Source: a virus
Lineage: Duplodnaviria > Caudoviricetes
Virus record (IMG/VR): IMGVR_UViG_3300037195_000167
Coordinates: 1 to 40,726 of that record
Length of the DNA: 40,726 nt
Reading direction: 5' to 3' (one strand)
In this document: one piece after another, positions 34,311 to 40,726 of the stretch
Numbering within the stretch: position 1 is the first letter of the stretch
Layout of the letters: each line of letters begins with the position of its first letter
Translations under genes and position numbers: made by a program
The notes under the pieces: generated by a model
What the model saw: the letters and a program-made list of their open reading frames with translations, nothing else
Told to the model about the DNA's origin: nothing
Databases searched by the model: none

Positions 34311-34354
34311 CCTAGTGGTGCGGTCAAAGACCGACACGAGCAATAGGAGGGAAT

Positions 34355-34834
34355 ATGTCTCAGAGACTTAGTGAACACGCAACTTTCGATCTGTTGGAAA
34401 CTTCAGATATCGGTGGCACGAACGCACAAAACAGTGGTGGTTACTTGAGCATGAAGAACTACAGCCGTGTTATGGCATACGTAGAGCTTGGAACTTGGAA
34501 CTCATCTGACGACCTAGACGAGTGCCGACTACAACAGGCAACTGATTCTTCAGGAACCTCAGTAAAGGACTTTACGACTGATGCTAGCGGAGGAGATTAC
34601 GATACAGATAATCCTATAGACGCAGATGGAGATTTCGTAATTATTGAAGCTAGGGCTGAGGATCTCGATGTAGATAATGGCTTTGACCATATCAGACTTT
34701 ACGTCGCTGAGGGAGGGAACTCTGGTACGGATAACGTGACAGGCGTCGTGATTCGATACGGATATGCCTACCCTAAGAAAGAATTGCAAGGAGCCGCTTC
34801 TACAGGCTCAAAAGTCTATGTGAAGCCGTCATAA
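34355..34834 (+). CDS. Capsid decoration/cement-like protein
   Basis: YLSMKNY, LQQATDSSGT..K, EDLDVDNGFDHI; follows the capsid gene. Confidence 0.6.
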   Translation: MSQRLSEHATFDLLETSDIGGTNAQNSGGYLSMKNYSRVMAYVELGTWNSSDDLDECRLQQATDSSGTSVKDFTTDASGGDYDTDNPIDADGDFVIIEARAEDLDVDNGFDHIRLYVAEGGNSGTDNVTGVVIRYGYAYPKKELQGAASTGSKVYVKPS

Positions 34835-35049
34835 TGGGGAGGGCTATCACTGGAAATAAGCGTCTAATACCAGACGGCATGAGTCCGATAGAATGGGCGA
34901 ATGCGGTCTGGGAGGCGATGGATGACTTTGGAATCAGTCAAGACGAGGCGAAGAAGTATGTTCAAAGCGTTTGGAGTACGGTTAGATCAGAATCAGACCC
35001 TCCGAAAGATAAAATGGTAAGGACATCCATAGACAAAAGAATAGGGTAG
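34834..35049 (+). CDS. Small hypothetical protein
   Basis: TAATG coupling; PPKDKMVR motif. Confidence 0.7.
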   Translation: MGRAITGNKRLIPDGMSPIEWANAVWEAMDDFGISQDEAKKYVQSVWSTVRSESDPPKDKMVRTSIDKRIG

Positions 35050-35123
35050 TTATAGGGCGTCTCAAGACGCCCTAGACCCATACAGCAACAAGGGTCGCAA
35101 CCCCGAAAAGCTAGGAGGTAGCT

Positions 35124-36056
35124 ATGGCAAAGACAGAACTATTTGTACGAAAGCAATCTGGTGGTATCTATACCGTCGTAAATGAATCCCTTACTACAGG
35201 TAACATCTACTTTGTAGATTCAGGTTCTTCAACTGGTGGAACGAGTGCAGGGTACGGACACAGCCCAGACGCACCTTTCACTACTATCGATTCAGCAATC
35301 AACCAATGCACTGCTAATCAGGGCGATGTGATCTACGTAATGACAGGACATAGCGAAACACTCACTGGAGCGTCTGCTATTACCTGTGACGTTGCAGGGG
35401 TCAGTATCATCGGGTTAGGTAAAGGTACAGACCGACCAACTCTACTCCTCGATGCAGGAGCATCCGTCAGCATCGTTGTTTCAGCCGCTAATGTACATTT
35501 CGAGAATATCGTATTTAGCGCAGGTCATGCAGACATCACAGCAGGTATAGAGGTATCGTCTACCAATGCATCGTTCGATAAATGCGAGTGGAAGCAGAAT
35601 ACGACTAACGAAAACTTTTTGAGTTGCATCAGGACGTCCGCTTCGGCTAATGCCTGCGATGGTTTATCTGTTACCAATAGCGTCGTGACAGACGTTGATA
35701 CGTCCTGCGTCAACTTTATTACTATAAGGGAAGATACAGATCTTCTGGTCATGAACGATAACTTTATCGAGTTGGGCGTCAACAACAGCAACGCCATCAT
35801 CGGAGTTGCGAGCGGTAAAGACGTCACAAGTTGTCAGATTCTCAGGAATTACATCTACCGATTGAATACGGCAGGTGACCTCTTGATTGATAGCGATACA
35901 AGTGATAACAGCGGCATCATAGCCCACAACAGAATCGGTCATGCTGACACGGCAAGCGAAGTGTTGATAGACGCCGACGGTGTTCGCCAGTTCGATAATC
36001 TGGGAACAGCAACGAACACTGCTTCAGGCTACATCTTGCCTGCAATTGACAGTTAG
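35124..36056 (+). CDS. Right-handed beta-helix (pectin-lyase-like) virion protein
   Basis: IYFVDS...G.SPDAPFTTIDSAI...GDVIYV..GHSE, followed by beta-helix repeats. Confidence 0.75.
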   Translation: MAKTELFVRKQSGGIYTVVNESLTTGNIYFVDSGSSTGGTSAGYGHSPDAPFTTIDSAINQCTANQGDVIYVMTGHSETLTGASAITCDVAGVSIIGLGKGTDRPTLLLDAGASVSIVVSAANVHFENIVFSAGHADITAGIEVSSTNASFDKCEWKQNTTNENFLSCIRTSASANACDGLSVTNSVVTDVDTSCVNFITIREDTDLLVMNDNFIELGVNNSNAIIGVASGKDVTSCQILRNYIYRLNTAGDLLIDSDTSDNSGIIAHNRIGHADTASEVLIDADGVRQFDNLGTATNTASGYILPAIDS

Positions 36057-36065
36057 GGGTGATGT

Positions 36066-36434
36066 ATGGCAGGAAGTGTAACGATTAGCTATAACGACCA
36101 TTCTACAGTCAAGTACGTCCAATGGGATTGGACGAGCGACGGGTCTGGAGATATGTCTGGTACAGATACAAAGGTTATTTCTGGGGTTCCGTTGCGTTTC
36201 GTAACGAACCCTAGTAGCACCGCCCCAAGCGCAAATTATGACGTCGTTATCAACGATGCTGATGGGCTAGATATAGCGGCAGGAGGTTTGGCTAACAGGC
36301 ATACGTCTAATTCAGAACATGTTATTCCGGGAGGTGATGCTGACCCGGGAGCCGCATTCAGTGGTGCTTTATCTCTCGTGGTAAGCAATGCAGGGGATAG
36401 CAAAATAGGCAAGCTCGTAATGTACTACCGCTAG
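36066..36434 (+). CDS. Small beta-rich virion protein
   Basis: WTSDGSG, APSANYDV, LSLVVSNAG; RBS GGGGTGA. Confidence 0.7.
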   Translation: MAGSVTISYNDHSTVKYVQWDWTSDGSGDMSGTDTKVISGVPLRFVTNPSSTAPSANYDVVINDADGLDIAAGGLANRHTSNSEHVIPGGDADPGAAFSGALSLVVSNAGDSKIGKLVMYYR

Positions 36435-36443
36435 GAGTTTTGT

Positions 36444-39400
36444 ATGGCAGACGATACACGAACAGAAGGATTGCGTGGCATGGGTGCGGATGGCTTCATC
36501 CGCACCGTGTCTAATTTGACAGTTACGGGAGATTTAGTTGTCCACGGCGAGACTAGAAGCACTATCGGCACGGGTTCTGCATTTTGGGAAACTGCTGATG
36601 CGAACGCTAATTATTGGGCTTATGAATTACCGAGTGGCGGTTCGGTCAACGTGCCTGTACTTGGGATTGGTATCGGGCTTGATGGTGTCGACCTTGGTTT
36701 ATTTGATGGAATTACTGAGACTACCTTGGCAGTTCTTGACGCCGACAGGGATAGCTATATCGCTCTGGATTTTAGTGCTGACGATTCACCTCGCATACGA
36801 TCTAATCAGGATATAACTGTTTCGGGTAATGTTACCTTTTCAGACAACATTACAGTCCAAGGAACCACGACGACGATAAACTCCTCTACCACGGTTATAC
36901 AGGATCCTCTCTTTCATCTAGGGAATGATAACTCTGCTGATAGTGTTGATCTAGGTATATTCGCAGAATACACGGATAGCGGAAAGAAATTCAGTGGTTT
37001 GTTTAGGGATGCAAGCGATTCCGATAAGTGGAAGTTGTTTGCGACTACAGGTAACAGCCACGAGGAACCGACAACAACAGTCAACACTACTTCGGGTTTT
37101 ACTCTGGCAACTTTAGTCGTCAATGAGCTTGAGGGAACTCTGACAACAGCCGCACAGACGAATATAACGTCTGTGGGAGCCTTGGATGGTGGTTCTATCA
37201 CCAGTAATTTCGGGGCGATAGATAATGGTTCTAGTGCGATCACAACTACTGGACTAATATCTGGAGGATCCCTTGATATCGACAACGTTCTTATCAATGG
37301 CACGACCATCGGACATACAGACGACACAGACCTGATAACGGTCGCAGATGGATCAGCCACTCTCGCAGGAATACTTATTATAGATGGAAACAGAAGCGTC
37401 ACTCCTAGTGACGGTGCGGCTATTCATGTTGACACGCATACGGTTACGGACAGCAACACTTCAGGCAGTGGAACAGCCGCAAAATTTACTCAGATAAATT
37501 TCGAAGCTCCTACTTTGGCGGCGACTAATAGCTCGGTCACTACATCAGATGCGGCTACATTATATATATCTGGTGCGCCATCAGCAGGAACTAATCAGAC
37601 AATAACTAGAGGATGGGCGGTATGGATTGATGCAGGAAACCTTCGCTATGACGGCTCGGTTTATGCAGGAACCACTGAAGCCCTAAATTCTAGTGGTCTG
37701 GTGACAGTTGCTAATCAGTCAAACATTACTGGAGTCGGAACTATCACGAGTGGAACTTGGGAAGGTACGACTCTTGCGGTAGATCAAGGTGGTACGGGGG
37801 CGACTTCGCTCAATAACTTGATAACGCTGACAACGCATACGACAGGAAGCTACGTCGCCACAATCACGGGCGGTACGGGTATAGATTCTGATGCGGCTAC
37901 CAGTGGCGAAGGAACAACGCACACGCTTTCAATTGACCTAGCGGAAGTCGGGGAGGTTGCAATCGCTGACGGGGATTATATAGCTTTCATGGATGCAACC
38001 GATAGCAACGCTACCAAGAAAGAAGCCCTTGCGGACGTTGCGACTCTTTTTGCAGGGACAGGGCTAACAGCCGCTTCTAGTGTTATAAATGTAGATGCGG
38101 CACAGTCAGGGATTACGTCTCTTGGAACGCTGACAGGGCTGACTCTGGACGGAGATAAAAGCGTTACTCCAAGTGATGGTGCGATGATCCATCTGGATAC
38201 CTCGACCATCACGGATAGCAATACGAGCGGTTCGGGTACGGCGGCACTCTACACGCACGTTCGTTTTGAGGCTCCGACCCTAGCGGCAACCAATTCTAGT
38301 GTAACTACCACGGATGCCGCCACGCTATACATCAGTGGCGCACCGACAGCAGGAACTAACCAGACCCTGACTAATGCTTATAGTCTGATTATTGATTCAG
38401 GGAATAGTAGATTTGATGGCGAGATAACGGTAGGGGTCGATGGCACTGGTCACGATGTAAAACTTTTTGGAGATACCAGTGGGGCGTACATGCTATGGGA
38501 TCAATCGACTGACGATTTAGTCCTAGCAGGGGCGGCTCAACTGGGAATCAACGAAGCGGCTCCGCTTGGGCGATTGCATATCACTGACGCATCAGCAATC
38601 CCTTATCTGATTCTTGAAGGTGCGAACAACTCAGACAGTGTATACGGCGATATTTATCTATCAGAAAATCTGGATAACGGCATCTCTAACAGTTACGGCT
38701 TCCACACGAGATATCTTGGGAGTTCTAATACCTTCCAAGTCGCAAGCCATGTCGTGAATACCATAACTCCGCATCTTCAGATAGCTCGTGGCACTGGGGC
38801 GACCCTTATAAATGACACGGCGAACGGCGATAACACGTACGGGCTTACCATCAATCAGGGAGCCGCAGATGACGACATCTTGAGCCTCAAATCCTCGGAT
38901 GTAGGACAGCCCATGACAGCAATAGTCGAGGCTGATACTTATGGTACGCTTAGGAAAACCATCGGAGCATCTGGTGGTCTGAAAATGTCAGGGTTCACAG
39001 AATTAGGTTATTTCGGAATCAACTTACGAGGCTATGCAGGAGCCGCACCGAATGAAGTTCATACTGCGTCAGGTCTTGCAATTGTTTCGATTGATACGTT
39101 TATGACTGATGGGTCTACTAGCACAAGCGCACCATCAGGAGACGATAATTTATTTGCGGTTACAACTACAGGTGCGGCGGCGAAGTTTATTGTAGACGCA
39201 ACTGGCGACATTTGGTACGACGGAGCCTCAACCGCTTATGACAACGAGGATGATATCGGATTACTACGAGCGATCCAGAAAGCTGTAGCACCAGATCAAG
39301 TGATTGCTCAGGAATGGGATTCATTCCTAACATCAAATGAAGATGATCTCGTGAAACTGGGAATCCTTGGGGGTAGAAGACAGGGAGTCCCTGATGAGGA

Positions 39401-39533
39401 TCGTGGTCTGGTATGTCTGACGAAACTAAGCCAACTCCTCACAGGAGGGGTAATGCAACTATACGGTCAAGTCATGGAACGAGATAAGAGAATCGAAGCA
39501 TTAGAGAATCGAATGCTAGCGTTGGGAGGCTGA
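36444..39533 (+). CDS. Long trimeric fibre protein (1029 aa), variant B
   Basis: G/T/S-rich fibre repeats (AQTNITSVGAL, NITGVGTITSGTW, DQGGTGATS), an internal ~90-aa duplication, and a C-terminal coiled-coil chaperone-like tail. Confidence 0.85.
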   Translation: MADDTRTEGLRGMGADGFIRTVSNLTVTGDLVVHGETRSTIGTGSAFWETADANANYWAYELPSGGSVNVPVLGIGIGLDGVDLGLFDGITETTLAVLDADRDSYIALDFSADDSPRIRSNQDITVSGNVTFSDNITVQGTTTTINSSTTVIQDPLFHLGNDNSADSVDLGIFAEYTDSGKKFSGLFRDASDSDKWKLFATTGNSHEEPTTTVNTTSGFTLATLVVNELEGTLTTAAQTNITSVGALDGGSITSNFGAIDNGSSAITTTGLISGGSLDIDNVLINGTTIGHTDDTDLITVADGSATLAGILIIDGNRSVTPSDGAAIHVDTHTVTDSNTSGSGTAAKFTQINFEAPTLAATNSSVTTSDAATLYISGAPSAGTNQTITRGWAVWIDAGNLRYDGSVYAGTTEALNSSGLVTVANQSNITGVGTITSGTWEGTTLAVDQGGTGATSLNNLITLTTHTTGSYVATITGGTGIDSDAATSGEGTTHTLSIDLAEVGEVAIADGDYIAFMDATDSNATKKEALADVATLFAGTGLTAASSVINVDAAQSGITSLGTLTGLTLDGDKSVTPSDGAMIHLDTSTITDSNTSGSGTAALYTHVRFEAPTLAATNSSVTTTDAATLYISGAPTAGTNQTLTNAYSLIIDSGNSRFDGEITVGVDGTGHDVKLFGDTSGAYMLWDQSTDDLVLAGAAQLGINEAAPLGRLHITDASAIPYLILEGANNSDSVYGDIYLSENLDNGISNSYGFHTRYLGSSNTFQVASHVVNTITPHLQIARGTGATLINDTANGDNTYGLTINQGAADDDILSLKSSDVGQPMTAIVEADTYGTLRKTIGASGGLKMSGFTELGYFGINLRGYAGAAPNEVHTASGLAIVSIDTFMTDGSTSTSAPSGDDNLFAVTTTGAAAKFIVDATGDIWYDGASTAYDNEDDIGLLRAIQKAVAPDQVIAQEWDSFLTSNEDDLVKLGILGGRRQGVPDEDRGLVCLTKLSQLLTGGVMQLYGQVMERDKRIEALENRMLALGG

Positions 39534-39534
39534 A

Positions 39535-39780
39535 ATGGCAGACAAGATATTATCTATAACGGACGGTACGATAACCAAACGAGTGACTCTGGACGATGAT
39601 GCGTGGGCTGATATGTGCAGACTGTACGCACGATGGGGAAACGCACTTGCTGATACCGAAGCTGAATTGACTTTCACAGTGGAGAAACTCAATCGAGAAA
39701 TTATTACTTTTGCTAACAAATACAAAGAAATTACTGGTGGAACTGGGGCAACGAAATATACAGCAGGGAGCGTTAGTTAG
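39535..39780 (+). CDS. Copy B of 1030-1275
   Basis: Protein differs at 3 positions. Confidence 0.85.
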   Translation: MADKILSITDGTITKRVTLDDDAWADMCRLYARWGNALADTEAELTFTVEKLNREIITFANKYKEITGGTGATKYTAGSVS

Positions 39781-40035
39781 ATGGACGAAATAAAAGTACC
39801 TGAAAGAGCAATTGAAACTGTAAGAAAAATGTTTATAGAACGCCAGAATATTGAAGCTAAGATTGGCAACTATCTACAAGGTTTGATAGACAGTTTAGGT
39901 CTTGAAGGAGACAACTGGAGTCTCGATACGACTGCAATGGTTTTTAGACAGTTGCAGGATGAATCACCGAATGGAGTTGTAAAAGATGCCGTGGGAACAA
40001 TTACAGGCGATTCTGAAAACAAATCGTACGGATAG
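39781..40035 (+). CDS. Copy B of 1276-1527
   Basis: Diverged homolog with a one-codon insertion. Confidence 0.8.
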   Translation: MDEIKVPERAIETVRKMFIERQNIEAKIGNYLQGLIDSLGLEGDNWSLDTTAMVFRQLQDESPNGVVKDAVGTITGDSENKSYG

Positions 40036-40162
40036 ATCAATTGAAAATAGGGAGCCACCTGTGGCTTGTCCTGTTGATGGAGCTATTCTGGATATCCATC
40101 CGAGAGGTCACAGGAACTGTCCGATGGGAAATTACACATGGACAGGCGGTCGTCGTAACTGA
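39986..40162 (+). CDS. Copy B of the 58-aa protein 1478-1654
   Basis: MPWEQLQAILKTNRTDRSIENREPPVACPVDGAILDIHPRGHRNCPMGNYTWTGGRRN. Confidence 0.85.
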   Translation: MPWEQLQAILKTNRTDRSIENREPPVACPVDGAILDIHPRGHRNCPMGNYTWTGGRRN

Positions 40163-40194
40163 ATACAGCCTGATCCATAGAAAGCAATGGAACG

Positions 40195-40726
40195 ATGGCG
40201 AATTTTTATATAAGCAGAGAAAGATTCAAATCTGCCGCTAGTATTTCTGGTGGTCAGTTTGACGATGCTGTCGATCGAGTGATAGAAGCATCAAGCCGTG
40301 ATGTGGACAGATGGACTCGGCGACACTTTATTCCTAAAACTCAGACGAGGGTTTATCGTTATCCTCAAGAAAGACCGGGTTTATCTACTGTCATTTGGCT
40401 TGACCAAGATTTGCTGTCTGTCACTACACTCCAGACCAAAGCTCAAAACACTTCACCGACGACTATATCTTCTTCGGATTTTTTCCTAGAGCCTGCCAAT
40501 CCAGAGCCAGATGGTAACTCCCGATATAATCGAATCGAGATTGACGAGAGTTCGACTGCCGCTTTTGAGGCAGGAGATACTCCACAGCGAAGCATTTCTG
40601 TAGCAGGGTCGTGGGGATGGAGCAACAGCACCAAAACTTCAGGGTCTGTAGACGACAGTGGGGGTATTTCATCATCCGACACTACACTGGTCGTTTCTGA
40701 TGCGTCTCTGATTGACGTAGGCGATA
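40195..40726 (+). CDS. Copy B of the head-tail adaptor, 3'-truncated by the window end
   Basis: MANFYISRERFKSAASISGGQFDDAVDRVIEASSRDVDRW..., open to the end of the window. Confidence 0.85.
   Translation, partial: MANFYISRERFKSAASISGGQFDDAVDRVIEASSRDVDRWTRRHFIPKTQTRVYRYPQERPGLSTVIWLDQDLLSVTTLQTKAQNTSPTTISSSDFFLEPANPEPDGNSRYNRIEIDESSTAAFEAGDTPQRSISVAGSWGWSNSTKTSGSVDDSGGISSSDTTLVVSDASLIDVGD

Larger units (their letters stand above)
1..40726 (+). mobile_element. Tailed bacteriophage genome (siphovirus-like), about 38.5 kb unit, circularly permuted with diverged terminal overlap
   Basis: TerL, portal, HK97 protease and capsid, tail tube, chaperone frameshift, tape measure and Dit/Tal are all present on one strand. 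Position 1 corresponds to 38506. Confidence 0.96.
38506..40726 (+). repeat. Terminal repeat copy B
   Basis: Diverged homolog of 1-2218. Confidence 0.97.

Noticed and set aside
40041-40241. 66-aa ORF MKIGSHLW... from the track
   Set aside because: The equivalent frame in copy A is not supported by the substitution pattern. The synonymous changes favour the 39986-40162 frame.
126-40682. Minus-strand ORFs in the track (e.g. 1971-2570, 6436-7035, 10624-11253, 13410-13967)
   Set aside because: They are shadows of well-supported + strand genes, with no recognisable motifs.
1-40726. Integrase, CI repressor or alternative genetic code
   Set aside because: No recombinase or divergent HTH/S24 gene was seen. 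Genes are intact under the standard code and use all three stop codons.

Overview
The window is a near-complete, circularly permuted genome of a tailed dsDNA bacteriophage (siphovirus-like, HK97-type capsid). The unit length is about 38.5 kb and all credible genes lie on the + strand. Positions 1-2218 recur at 38506-40726 as a diverged, non-identical copy. Gene order: fibre C-terminus and neck/tail genes (with a CCCTTTA -1 frameshift in the tail chaperone); a putative lysis region with no recognisable endolysin; early module 1; a recombination/replication module; UDP-glucuronate decarboxylase; resolvase; TerS; a translationally coupled UDP-glucose dehydrogenase, tandem ParB, two TAGT/GREB1-like glycosyltransferases, TerL, portal and MuF block; early module 2 inserted inside the head cluster; then protease, capsid, decoration proteins and a 1029-aa fibre. 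I saw no integrase, CI-type repressor, DNA polymerase, tRNA or CRISPR array. Two systems stand out. (1) An RNA-based regulatory layer: a twister ribozyme (13538-13595), a hammerhead ribozyme (29731-29791), and a promoter-and-terminator-bounded ~90-nt RNA (12171-12258) whose unpaired segments are complementary to the extended RBSs of early/middle genes. Four early promoters also share a TTTACAA-N4-TTTACAA operator. (2) A packaging-linked UDP-GlcA/UDP-xylose glycosylation pathway with no TET/JBP or methyltransferase to create an acceptor base. All calls come from reading motifs and gene context by eye; no database searches were run.
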